Assembly (NCBI GenBank): GCA_051941275.1
Contig: JAVEBF010000056.1
Span: forward strand, 1 to 38,098
Length of the DNA stretch: 38,098 bases
Reading direction: 5' to 3'
DNA from: Dirinaria sp. TL-2023a
Taxonomy: Eukaryota
Below, piece after piece: positions 20,584 to 35,663 of the stretch. The translations under genes and the position numbers were made by a program. The stretch's first letter is position 1. Every line of letters begins with the position of its first letter. The notes under the pieces were generated by a model, which had not been told where the DNA came from, did no database searches, and worked only from the letters and a program-made list of their open reading frames with translations.

Positions 20584-23259
20584 CTAGGTGCCGGCAGCCA
20601 GCGAAATTTCATTTTCTGCAAAATTCGGCTTCTCCTCAAGCAGCTCTTCCGTGGTTAATGATCTGTGGCCGTGGTTATAGATCTCCACGGTTCTTAGCGG
20701 CTCCATCGAGAATTCCCCGTCAATAACATCCTGCGTTTGCCAGGTCCACACCAGGCTGCGCCTTTCCCAGCCTTTACGTCCTTTCACGTCATATCTTCTG
20801 CCTCTTCCAGTGACCACGATCCAGGCCCATCTCCCGGCAAGGATTGTGAGGTCCGGGATCCCTCGAAACCAGGCTGTGTACTTCTTGAAGCGCCTTGTTC
20901 GTCTCAAACCTTGCATGGCACTTTGGTAGTGGTTTGTAGAAAGGTGGCTTTGCGTGCACCATTCGACCACTATGAAGACAAAAGCTACAACCATTACAAA
21001 AGTGGACACAGCTGTGCCGGCACCCCTATGATCCGTTTTCCTGGTTAGCCTTCGAGTTCAGTATCCATGTCCAAAATGCAGGAATGTCACTCGAGGTAAC
21101 GCGAATCGTAAATTTGACTTTTATGAACCGATGAGGATGGAAGATGGGTGAAATCAAGCCAGCGAAGACGTACCAGTAGAAGGCTACTCCGTGAGCTCTG
21201 TAGTAGTCGAAGCTGCTCGCCAAGTGTCAGTAGAGTATCGTTATCGCAATTGTAGCTTGGGAGTCGAACGTTTCAAAATCCATGTAGCCCTAGGATGAGA
21301 TCAGCAAACGCAATCCCCTGGCAAGTTCCAAATACTTACTCCATCTTTTCCCCAGGTAGAGGACATGCATTGACAGCTCTGATACGACCCAAAGGCCTGT
21401 GCCAATACTATATACGCACACCACGTCGAGTTGACGAAGTCCATGGGGCGTAAAAGGAAGTATTCGATCTTTACATGGGCACTTGCCTCAGATAACCAGG
21501 CGAACCTTGTCAGGATACTACTTCCAGCTCCTGTCGCCCTTTTACCTTGGTCCGTGCGACTGAGTGTCCGCATCATCGCTAACATGAGCGGTCCCTCAAC
21601 CGAATGGCGTCTTACCCATGATCGTACAGAGTCTTGAGAAGTGGACCACCATACAATGAGCTCTATAGCGAAGCTTCCAAGCGTAAGGATGATATATATG
21701 GTGTATCCGCCACTTCGGCAGCCTAGGCCGACTGTTGGAGTGAAGTCTAGGCACAAATCAGCTGATGCTCTCTGGTGACGGACATTAGCCTTACATGAGA
21801 GAATGAATGCGCCTGCAGCTGTGCCTGCGACTATCGTAATCGAGCTCATGATCTGCCACAACATCCTAAAGTCAAAATGCCTCAACCCCTCAAATTGGCC
21901 ATCTTTGGGTCCGTCAACCATATAGGTTAACGCTTTGTTCTCGTCTCGCAACCAGTTCCGTCCTTCGTTTGCCATAAATGTTCTTTCGATGCCCGCAAGG
22001 ATCGAGTGGGCCACCCCGTAATGCCAGCGTAGGCGGCCTTGGCCAGCAAAACGTGTGAAAAAACTGCCGCAGAAAAACTCGTCGTTGTTCAACTCCTTTG
22101 TCCAAGTGAAATCTCTCGGGCCTCGGTTGGTTTCCGTCATGTACGAATGCCGAAGAGATGGATTTAAGAGAGCGGACCGGACAGCGTCTACTAAATCATT
22201 GAGCTGTCGGCGTACAGACTCCGGGGCTACTGGGTTCCGGTCTACGATGGTCACTAAGACGAGGACTGGTAGCCAGCTTAGTAAAAGGCCAATTGCAAGG
22301 TCGTGCGCTGTTTCATTATCGCCAATCTGGCCGAATGCCGATTGGACAGATATTACCAAAGCAAATGTGAACCACATGAACGAGAAGAAAACAGGCACGA
22401 CGCTCCTCCTTCGATACTCTCTTAAGGACTGCGCCAGCTTTTGGCGTCTTTCCGGAAGCTCTGATCTGATATTGTCTGTGCCGCTGGTATCACTTGACCG
22501 TCTTGGGCTTGGCAAGTCAGTCAACCTTAGAGTATCACTGAAAAGCGCTATTCTGAGTAGCTTCTCTGCCTCGACAGCGGGCATTCTGTCCTTGATCGAG
22601 TCTTTATGTGATGAATCAGTAAGGTTGGCTCGATTCGAGGTTTGAGCATTGATCACATACATTGGTTCATGACGCTCAGAATGTAGAAAGAATCTCGAAT
22701 ACGGGCAAACGGCGAGTCTTCGGCAGGCAGAACGTTGTACTTAGTGGCCATGTCCACCATCATTGCACATTTTCCAGTCACTTTGACGTTCCATAATGTG
22801 TAAGCCAGTGTCGCCATAGGACTGCCAATCCACCTTGCGAGCGCGAACATTGTTCCCCAAAACATATTGCTTTCCCATGGTGCTTGGACTAGAACACCGG
22901 CAACGGGTAGGACCCAAGTTGTGATTGTTTGTGAGGCGTTTGCCCAGGGATAGTACTCGACGCCTGGCCCACAGAGGTGGCGACAGCCTTCGTACGTGAT
23001 CAATTTGGGCCTGCCCTGATGGGCGAAGTAACTCGGTACACTTCCATCTAGACAAGTTCAGGGTCAGCACGCTTATTCTGAGTGTTGAAAGTCAATTCAG
23101 ATTATGAGGTCTTGCCTGACTGGCAGTGATCGAGTCCTTTTGGTGCTGATATACGGAACCACGTCTTTTGTTAAGACAATACGTACTATACGTAAATTCT
23201 GGGTAGGAAAAATTGGAAGCGGTAAACTTCGCATTACACTCAGCAAAATTAGGTCTCAT
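20584..23259 (-). CDS. Uncharacterised multipass membrane protein, about 724 aa, 7 exons: 23259-23187, 23047-22661, 22601-21795, 21746-21340, 21289-21270, 21212-21174, 21025-20584
   Basis: Six GT-AG introns with branch points join the 116, 453 and 141 aa ORFs plus small exons into one 2175-nt frame. There are multiple hydrophobic helices and motif-like segments: ITYEGC..LCG, TTWVLP, ARWIGSP, FAGQGRLRWHYGVAH, TPTVGLGCRSGGY, EWCTQSHL. The start codon is less certain. Confidence 0.8.
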
Positions 23260-25171
23260 AGTGCCAGCTACGATAAGTAGAAATTTGAGGATCTTATCCT
23301 TGGTTGGTAAAGAAACAACAACGAGATAAGCACAGGACGGGGCGAATGCATATCCATGTTAAATGTGCGGGAAATGAGGCTCTTCGTGTAGACACGTGCT
23401 AAGGCATCCAGACCGTGTCTGGGACGTAGCAGCAGCAAGATAGCAAAATCCATGTTCTGGAAGCAGATCTGCACGAGGCCACGGGGTGCAGGAGCCTGCA
23501 TATAGCGATCCGGGTTTTCTCTCCAGCGCTTAAGAGAAAACCAAGAGCTGGGGGGTCTGATCCCATGCGTCCGTAAGGCAAGATGGCGATGGTTGGTATC
23601 AGGTCCAGGAGGGAGTCCACGCGTCCGTTTTGCCTAATGGCTACGCCGATATGCAAGAAATTCATCGGGTCAGCTGAAAGGTTAAGTATGGATAACGTAC
23701 TGTACATCCAATGTATCATGAAGCGAGAAGTTTGTGTATGAGGGGTAGCACAAACACGAATTTCAACCGAGGAAGTCGGATCGGGAGGCTGATCAGGTAG
23801 TAAGAGATGGAACAATGCGGTACAGTAAGATGGGTGGCCTGACACGAATACTTGTGCAATGACAGCTGATCTGTTCGTCCATCTCGAGGCACAGGTATTT
23901 CTTACAATAGACAGTCGAATGATGAACAGCTTCCTCGCTTATTACCTTAGTTCATACGTCCCAACCCGTGAATCAGTGCAGCTTGGCGTTATGGGGGTGG
24001 CGTAGTTGTAGCGCTCCTCATACAGGACCAGGGGGAGTGGGGGTTTCCTTGGTAGGGAGCTTTACACTGCTCTTGCAGATCGTGTTCTGATAATGCGTAG
24101 TAATGCAGCTATGAGGTGCGGAGCAGTTGCCTAAAGTAGAGCTGGGGCAGCAAGGGGCAGCTATTAAACTCGGAAAAATATTTGACCGGGATTTCTGCGC
24201 TGGACGATCGTTGGAATGCTTCGGCCCCTCGGGCTTCGGGTCTACCGTATGATTTCGTCCAGCGCTGGGCGATCAACGGGCTACACATAAGGTAGTTTAT
24301 CATGGAAGTGCTGAACAAACAGATACCAGCACATCTACAGCCGTATGCCGATGGAGATGGGTTATCTATCCACTACACCGGTACTTGATATCTGGATGTA
24401 GAGAGGTGAGGTACGAGTACTTACAAAATTGACGGCACCTGGATCAAGTGTAATCGTTATGACGTGGACCCTAATCGAGAAGAGTAAAGTAAGTGATCGA
24501 AGTGATGTCGATTAATTCAAAAGGCTTCCAAGGAATGCCTGAGATTGCTGCCTGAAAAATGTGCTCTAGTGGAATCTTGTGGAGATTGGTGCGAGCTCTT
24601 TCTGCGTTTCGCCACCTCAACCTTGCCGTGGTTGGGTCAGTTTCCCCAATACTTTCGATCAAGATGTGAACCGGCATGCATGCGAAATGATGTAACCTCA
24701 GATAAGCATTTCAGCATCGATTGACCAAAAGCACATCTGTGAGAGTCATATCTGACACGGGAGTAAGCCTTGTTTTGAAGATGGAAAGCACCGAAAGGCC
24801 GAACACGATGGCAAATCAGCCGCATGTGACAAGAGTCTGCCTGAGCTGCTTGGTGCTTCCGACGGTAAACAGTGGAAGATATCTGGTTTACCGAGCCGCT
24901 CACAAGTCGAAAGAGTCCTGAATGGTGCGGAGGATCGAAGCCAACAAGGGAGCCAATCTCTGAGAGCAAAATTTTCGAATATGGATCTCTGAGACTGTCA
25001 TAAAGATGTTGCACGTGGTGGACTGGCCCACAGCGGGATCATGGCATCGTTGTAGAACCCACTCGTAAGCGAAGACTGTGCCTGTCAAGCCTAGATCTTG
25101 GCGATCTCGCGATCCTGCTCCGTGATCTGGACACGCAATGCCGTCGGATGGAGGAATGCTGTTTAGTTTCT

Positions 25172-25312
25172 TTAACCATCATCCGTACTGTCACTACTTG
25201 ACTCACTATCCGTTTCGCTCGAGGATTGTTCGGACCTTGCATTAGCGGAACCTTTGTCGACCACTGTTGCTTGGGTCGTGGCTTTCTCGCCGTCGCTGTT
25301 CGACTCTGAGTC

Positions 25313-25350
<38 letters not shown>

Positions 25351-26626
25351 CATCGTCCGGCACGCCTGTCGTCCTCCTCTTTCTCTTTCTTCTACGTTTA
25401 CGCTTGATCTGGCCTTTCACCAGCCCAGCTCCGTCAGCCTTTGGGGTTAAGTCAACATCCAAACTTGGTATCTTCGCACTGCCGTGCATTTCCGATGTCA
25501 GGCCAATGGTTTCAACCTCGCCGACACTCCAAAGCACCGTCTCAGCTCTCTTTCTCTCGAGGACCTTTTTCTCCCAATCGGTGTACTGCTTCCCCTCTAA
25601 CTGCCATCTTTTCTTCTCTTTGTCTCTCTCTTCCCTGTCATGCTCTAGGTTTTCGAGCCACTCCTTCTCCTTTCTCCACGCCCGTTCATATGCTTCTCTC
25701 TTTCTTTTGCGTCCCTTTCCATCATCTCCCAATTCGGTATTGAGCAGATCGCTGAGCCACATCTCGTTGTCTTTGCGTATCTGTAAAGCGGTGGATCGAA
25801 TTCGTCGACGGCTGGAGGCACCCCTTAAGCCTAAGAGATATTTGTAAATATCGGTATCGTAGAAGTAAGGAATCTTGTTGAGGTCGAAAAGATGTTTGAG
25901 CAAGTAAGTCTGATGATTCTTTGAGAACTTCCAGCCAGATGATGAATTCGTAAATGTAGTCAAGTAATTGAGAGCGGGAGCAATCGCAGATTCATTAGTG
26001 GAAGGTTGTGAAGCTTCGCTGGACCTGACTTTACTTCGCTTCTTAGTGTGGGAGGGTTTAGGTCTCTTGACTCCTGGTGGTTGGTCGAATTGAGTAGAAG
26101 TAGACAAATCTGAGGCTGCTGTCCCAATGTCGAGAGCAGGTGCAGATGTGCGCAGCGTGAACGATGAGTCTGCAGCTTTCTGTTCAGTAACCCACTGCGC
26201 AAAGAGCTCTCGGGTGCTATCTCCGTCTTCGGTCTTGGTTTCGGGTGTGAAAGAGACTGATTTACGGCTCTTCAAAGCTGGTGTCGAAATCGGTGGTGAG
26301 TGAATAGAAGATACAGGCTCAGATGGTGTGATTGTATCCGGCTTAGAAGCATTGTCAGCGCTTCTTTTGCTTGGAAGGGAAGCCTCCTCCGATCCCTCAT
26401 ATGATCTTTTTAACTTCTTGGGGTATCTGGCCTTTACAGCAACGGCATCCAGGTAGTTGCTGGTGTTATCAGCATCCTCTGGGTCGAATTTCCTCTCAAT
26501 GACACTCTGGGTCGCAGAATAAGTTCGAACAAGAGTAGATGGGTTGTTTTTGGCGTATTTAAGTCTCAGGCCTACCCTTTTCCACGCAGGCACATGAGGC
26601 TCTGCTAGTGCTGGCAAAGACACCAT
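25172..26626 (-). CDS. WKF-domain (DUF2373, C7orf50/YCR016W-like) protein, probably nucleolar, 484 aa, no intron needed
   Basis: N-terminal VPAWKRVGLRLK. Core ALNYL..WKFSKNHQTYLLKH..YLLGLRG. Basic NLS-like tracts KRKRRRKRKRR and an acidic/Ser-rich tail. Confidence 0.85.
25314..25348. repeat. (CTG)11 microsatellite encoding poly-Ser (AGC)n in the WKF gene
   Basis: Perfect trinucleotide run seen directly in the sequence. Confidence 0.95.
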
Positions 26627-26727
26627 TATCTATCAGTCAAGATTTTTAATACGATCATTGCACTTAGAAATGATTGACACGCTTTGATGAAGTAAGCCAC
26701 TAAGCCAACATCCAAAACCTTACCTAG

Positions 26728-26760
26728 AATTTTCACGTGCCCTAAAATCTAGCCCTAAAC
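26728..26760. promoter_or_regulatory. Candidate ribosome-biogenesis promoter module: RRPE-like AATTTTCA, E-box CACGTG and two GCCCTAA sites
   Basis: aattttcacgtgccctaaaatctagccctaaac lies about 100-135 nt upstream of the WKF gene ATG. Confidence 0.55.
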
Positions 26761-27031
26761 CGATAGACACCTGCAGGACTGAGGCAAAGTTACCTTACCT
26801 GAGGACTGTCCCCTTAGGTTCACGATCAAAGTACTGCGCCAACAGACTATGTATCAGTTGTTGTTTGGCATGGAGGATCAGTATGTTCCCATCTATGAAA
26901 TCTATGTTTATCACTGTACGCATTCGACCATTGTAGCCGGAACGACAAACCTGAGTCATGTACATGCATTGCTTCAACGCCATAATCCACGCTTGAACGA
27001 CGACAACAAAAATGGAATATCATCAATCTCT

Positions 27032-27846
27032 TCATTTGATGACTCGATCGTACTGCAGTCCTTTCACTGTGCCTCCACCCATCGAACTTCTTACGTTGCG
27101 CTTGAAACCTTCGCGATTTGACCGAAGATCTTCAGCGGCTTCTTTGTTCAGCGGGTCTGAAGCATTTGGCTCGAGGAATAGAAACTACACAGGTAAATAT
27201 TAGCATAGAGAGATTAACATTCGAGGACTCCGATGGCGGCCAACGCTTGCCGTTCCCAGATCAAAGACATCAAGTCTTGCGTTGCCACTTACCTGTAATC
27301 CGACAATAACCGCATTTAAATTCAGCACCGGCTTCCAGTCCTCTCTCAATATGTTCAAACACACGTTACCATCGAGATCTATATTTGGATGGTAAATCTT
27401 CTGGGTGCATTTGACCTTAGGCGGATCGTGTGGGAAATTCTGGTTGATCGTGAAATTGAAGGTGAACGATCCGCCCCTATACATACCCTCGTCGGGCTGT
27501 ATTATGAGAGTAAAGTTGAGGATGTCGTCGGGATCAGGGAATGTGGTCTGCATTGTGTTACCGAGCGACAACTCCGAGAGATCTGGGCGAAGGAGCGAGA
27601 GTCAGTGCTAAAGGCTTCGATACGTTGCTGAGCTTTGTGGATATCATGCTTACCTTTTTGAACTCGAAGCTGAGCCGCTGTGACTTTCTTCTTCCTCTGT
27701 CCACCTTCAGCGTTGGCAGCTGCCTGCTCTTTCTTCTGCAATACACTGTTAGCATGCAGTCACTTAATGCTCAGTTAGGCGAATAATGACCGAGGAGAAA
27801 GAGGCAGATTGGAGGTAGGGCGTACCATCGACCATATTTTCATCAT
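27032..27846 (-). CDS. UBC12: NEDD8-conjugating enzyme E2, 181 aa, exons 27846-27826, 27735-27654, 27582-27293, 27184-27032
   Basis: N-terminal [20 protein letters not shown], catalytic [24 protein letters not shown] and C-terminal [16 protein letters not shown]. Confidence 0.96.
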
Positions 27847-28442
27847 CTTGCCGATGATTGATCACACAACTAGATCGGCCGTTCGTATAGCTCTGGCCTT
27901 GATAGGATTTCACACGGCTGGTAGAAGTTTGATGTTGTTGGGAAAGTTGCGTGCTTCTTAGCTTTGGAGCGAAATGTTGACTGGGTCGGTCAGGGACTAT
28001 TTGAATGACTGAGAAAAGGGGAAGGTGATGTAGACGTTCGTGTGATTGTAGATTCGTCACTACTGTGTAGAAGAGAGGTAGATAATCTGCGAGTGTAAGG
28101 TATGCAAGGTAGGTAAGAATTGAAGGCAAGCTGGTAAGGTACCTTACTTTAGGTAGAGCCAACTCCATGGCTTGGCAAGTCTGCCTTACGCAATAATTTG
28201 TAAAAGTAAGATTACAGTAGCTTGACGGATAACAGTCTTCACAGATAAAGCACATACGATACTATATGAGCACAATGACACATGGGGATCGTCGCTATCA
28301 CAGAGATTCATTCTCTATAACAGCTTACTTCACTACTTACATATCCATCTTTTTGCGGGCTCATGCAGGCTAGACTCCGCTTATGTATGATATGATCGTT
28401 GGTTACCACAAACTTAGAACAGATTTGCTTTCTGGCTTTCAC

Positions 28443-28473
28443 AGCACAGATGACTAGCACAGATGACTAGCAC
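28443..28473. repeat. Short tandem repeat (13-nt unit AGCACAGATGACT, about 2.4 copies) in the chitin synthase 3' region
   Basis: agcacagatgact agcacagatgact agcac seen directly. Confidence 0.8.
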
Positions 28474-28536
28474 TGCTAGTGTAGATAGGGCCACATACGG
28501 CCGTCGCTTATAAGCTTCCTCAATGGACATTCCCGA

Positions 28537-31613
<3,077 letters not shown>

Positions 31614-34151
31614 TCTGGGTGTAGGTTCGATGGAAGATAGGAGGATGGTGCGAGACGAGAAGTGAGCGGTCTCTCAATGATGAGGGTAAGTAGTAGACAA
31701 GGTGAAGGCGAATAAGAGATAAATAGAGATCAGCAACGAGCGATGGCCTCCGGGGCTAAGGTAAGCGAGCTATTCTACACGAGGTTGTGACTTGTAGCAA
31801 AGAATGCGAAGACTAGTGCGGCAACGCTGAACCCTGACAGACAGTGTGTAGGATGATGGAAATGAATAATAAAGGAAGGCCAGGTTGAAGAGGAAAAGAA
31901 TTTGTCGAATGAAGTAATAATGCTGGAGATGTGATTGTCGTGGTGGATTTGTGGTCAGGGGCTTAATTGCGCTTGCAGCTGAGGCGCGGGGTTTAACCTT
32001 AAAAAACCCTGGGTTTCAAGATCCGGTGACAGCCTTAATGTACTGTAAGGTATCTTGCCTTCAATATCAACGAACAACAGCGCAGTGGGAGGAGAGAGGG
32101 AGAGGGTTAGAGTGGAAAGTCCACAAGCGAAGAGTCTTCTAGGATAGACAAGTGAGGTGTACACTGCGGGTTTTTTCACTGATGATGAGGTTCTTTGACT
32201 GCGTGCGGTAAGACGGATTCACCCATTCCATGGACGACGCTCGATGCTGATTCGCCCACACAGCTGTGGCGTCCCGTATTCGTTGCCAGTCGTGTGGCTC
32301 CCAAGAAGCCAGGAATAGCAACGTCTATGGCAGGCCTGCATCTACGAGGGTATTATTGTACCTTAGTCTTGTCAATCATTATTCAAGTCCAAAAAGTGAT
32401 AGAGACCACCTCTGGTGGGTTCACAGCTATACACTTCTGAACAGCCCTACTCTGAACAGCTCAGGGTCTGATGAACCGTTTTGAGATCGGTGAGCTGTCA
32501 AAGATGAGTGTCACCATTAGCGCCATCAGGCGCGCGAATGTCAAAGAGAGTAGTATCCACTGTCTCAACTACCGAGACAACATGATTCACGTGCTTCATC
32601 TTCTCCAACATAACGATAATTGATCAGTGTCAGCAACGAAGAAGAACCAATGTTACGGCATATCGACGACGACTGCAAGAGCCCAAGAGAGGGTAGTCAG
32701 CGGCTAATTGCTTCTTACGGGTACCATGCTTCGACGCTGCATTTGCAAGTCTCCGCTGTCCAACGCCTGACTGCCAAATCCGAGGCTTTATGACCATTCT
32801 CTGTCGGGTAATTCTTGGGTCCATCGGGTCCCCGCAGGCACCTGACTGCAAGGCGGAGGTACAGTCATAATTCAGCAGATACCGTATCGGCTGAAGTCTC
32901 CGAACGCTGAAGGTATTTCCTCAAATTTGTTCCCCATGAAGAGCAGACCGAATCAATGGTCTGGACATTATGAGCAAGAGTCAGTTGCTCGAAAGCAAAC
33001 CTTCACTCAACCAAAAGCTGTCGTGATGACACTGTGCGCGGAAAGTCTCCTCGCCTCTCCTCTCTATGACTCGTGGGGTATCATGATTGGCCGATGCTTG
33101 CATCCTGATCGCAGAGCACAAGACAAGAGAGACGGCCTTTTCAACAATCTGCTCAATCCAAATGAGAAGCAAAATTTGGGTGAAGATGATTGCCCATTGG
33201 CGGAATAGCTCGAGGCAAGTCAGCCCATCTTGCAGGGCTGGACTATCCTACCTGCAAACGCCTTTGCCAATTGAAGGTATCTTAGTGGCCATATGACACG
33301 TCCAAGGGAAATTTGAAAGAAATGGACAACAAGGAGGTATGGAGGAGCTGGTTGAAAGCGTGATCTAGCCCTCACCGGGCTTTTCCCGTCGCATCCAATG
33401 GATGCTTTGTGTTTGCCCGGGACTATAGTTAGCGGCATTATTAGTATTGGGGTGATTCCTTTCCGTTCATGCTCCGCCCGTTCCTTCGTCCCTGTACCTG
33501 CCTGGGAGTTAGTGCGAGCCTGCCCTTTCTCTTCCCACCCACCACAACCCCCCTGGTATCTTCTCTACTCCCGTTGTGCAACTGGTGTTGGTACCACGCT
33601 GCTTTCCATTTTCCTCAAGCAACATCAAAACAGCTCCTCTCGCCTCAGAACCTTCCACCAGACAGTCTACCACGACTCCCCACGCTCGCTCATATCCCCC
33701 TCGCTACACACGCTCGGATCTTGCCTGCTGAATCGTGCATTCGATCTTCCGATAGTGCTGCGGAAAGACATCTTGCGACCGAGCCGATTCGACCGCAATC
33801 TCACCACATCAACAACACGGCCCTTTCTAATCTACCACGAAGGAAGCCTACACCTTGTCAATTCGCCATGTTGCCATAGCGCTCTCGCACATCACTCGCT
33901 CACTTTCTCACCGGCGTCGCTCTTTTATCCTCCTTGATCGTGGTGCATTGTTCTCCTGAGCCAAGCTTAGATCCCCTACCCCTCACGTCCTGCTTCGTCC
34001 AAGGCTGAACTCCGGACGAGCTGCTTCGATCGCTTCTACAACGAGTGGAGTCTGCGAGATCAATTAAAGACCTCGGTTCTTCCATCCAGAGACCCCGCTT
34101 GTGCTGGACACCTTGGTTGAAAAATTCTTTGTCTGACACCTTCGGGTGAAA

Positions 34152-35663
34152 ATGGACTTCTGGGCCCTCGGTAGGCGCTCTGCTCAGACACCATCTGGCA
34201 CAACACTAACCATGGTAGATGTGACGGGAACCACACGGGGTCTATTTCGAAGATGTCTGAAGTGCGATCCCAATGCAAATCCCCGATGTCCTGTCTGTGC
34301 CGCCGACGAGACGTGTACACTGATCAGTCCCTCCTGCAACGCCTGTGCTTCCACACAATGCACCAAGATTGGTGCTAGCAGTAACTCAGCAACTGCAAAC
34401 GTGACCAAGTCAAAGCCACACAAGTCGGCGGCTGGTCCGATCGCTGGAGGTGTCATTGGGGGTATAGCTTTGATCATACTGATAACATACTTGGTCTGGA
34501 GATTTTGCATAAAGAAGAGACGGGATGAATGGCATAAACAATATTGGCAAGATCCAGCAGGCAATGTGGAGAAGGAAAACGACGACTTCACCAGGCGTCG
34601 GGAGGCTAGAGCATCTACACATACCGTGCGCTCGATAGCCTCGACGGTTCGTACAAGAGCTTCCGACATTATCCAAATCGCCTACATACCAGGAATCACC
34701 AACCGATCAGTGGAATCAACGCCCGAGCTGATCCCACCTGTACCACCAATCCCAGCCGCCTCACCTTCACACTCTACTGCCACGACGCCGCAACCTCACC
34801 AGCAAGACCAGCACTTCTTCATGCCAATTGATCTGCGAGATTCTTCGTACTCAGGCTTCACTGAGGATGGTCAGACCTCGTTTGCAAGATCTAGCATAGC
34901 GCCGAGCCATCTGAGAAGTAGCGTGGCGACCTACCGGGGGAATATTAATACTGCCCCAACGCAGACTGCCACACGAGCCAAAGCCATCCCTATCAGCCTG
35001 AAGTCTACCACCACGGGCAACAACACTCCTATCGAAACCCCTCGAACCCAGACGCCACCTGTTCCCACTCTGAATCTGCAACGCAATAACTCCACCCAGA
35101 GCCCGATTGTGGCCCGGTTAGGTGTGCCTCGAGCCGTGACCGTCACCCGAAGCCCCTCCAACGCCAATATGAGAAGTCCTGGTATCGCAGATCGCGGTAA
35201 CCCCAGCCCGAGCAGCAGCGAAGCCTCTCAGGCTGTTTTGGCAAGATTACCGAAACGTGTCTCTGTAGCTGACTCGAGCCGTCACGACGGCAACTCGTCC
35301 ACCTTCGACGATGCATCTAGCAGCGAAGACGATTCGCCGGCCGACCAAAGCCTCATGGGTCATGACAGGCAACAAGCTGCCACCAAGCTTGGCCATTCTG
35401 CCTTCAAGACACCAAGCTCGGCTCCAGATCTAAGACATCATACCCCTTCATCCTCGCCAGACAGTCGAAGCTATGCAGCGAGCGAGAGCCGGCAAAAGAG
35501 ACATAAGAGGTCCGGCAGCCTGAACCAGATCATTGAGGAGGCAACCAGACGCGCCAGCAGGGAACCCAGGCATGGAGGACTGGGCAGTATTGGAAGCTTA
35601 GCTGGGTGGAAAAAGGATACATCAGGGCCATTCTCGGATGCTCACGCTGCAGGAACGCCATGA
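34152..35663 (+). CDS. OPY2: Opy2-type single-pass membrane anchor of the HOG/MAPK pathway (Ste50 binding), about 503 aa
   Basis: 8-Cys extracellular domain RRCLKC..CPVCAADETC..SCNACASTQC, TM helix IAGGVIGGIALIILITYLVW, conserved cytoplasmic ASDIIQIAYIPG motif and a long Ser/Pro-rich tail. The first ATG is at 34152; the ORF track begins at an upstream GTG. Confidence 0.88.
   Translation: MDFWALGRRSAQTPSGTTLTMVDVTGTTRGLFRRCLKCDPNANPRCPVCAADETCTLISPSCNACASTQCTKIGASSNSATANVTKSKPHKSAAGPIAGGVIGGIALIILITYLVWRFCIKKRRDEWHKQYWQDPAGNVEKENDDFTRRREARASTHTVRSIASTVRTRASDIIQIAYIPGITNRSVESTPELIPPVPPIPAASPSHSTATTPQPHQQDQHFFMPIDLRDSSYSGFTEDGQTSFARSSIAPSHLRSSVATYRGNINTAPTQTATRAKAIPISLKSTTTGNNTPIETPRTQTPPVPTLNLQRNNSTQSPIVARLGVPRAVTVTRSPSNANMRSPGIADRGNPSPSSSEASQAVLARLPKRVSVADSSRHDGNSSTFDDASSSEDDSPADQSLMGHDRQQAATKLGHSAFKTPSSAPDLRHHTPSSSPDSRSYAASESRQKRHKRSGSLNQIIEEATRRASREPRHGGLGSIGSLAGWKKDTSGPFSDAHAAGTP

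Noticed and set aside
24471..25088. Overlapping 60-125 aa ORFs between the membrane protein and WKF genes
   Set aside because: No motifs, no coherent splicing, and several alternative starts; probably UTR or intergenic.
25039..25847. Poly-Ala and poly-Leu ORFs
   Set aside because: These are alternative-frame and antisense readings of the WKF (CTG)n repeat and charged region.
33398..33937. 179-aa and 136-aa ORFs upstream of OPY2
   Set aside because: Their composition reflects a pyrimidine-rich promoter or leader and they show no domain features. A uORF role cannot be judged without a TSS.
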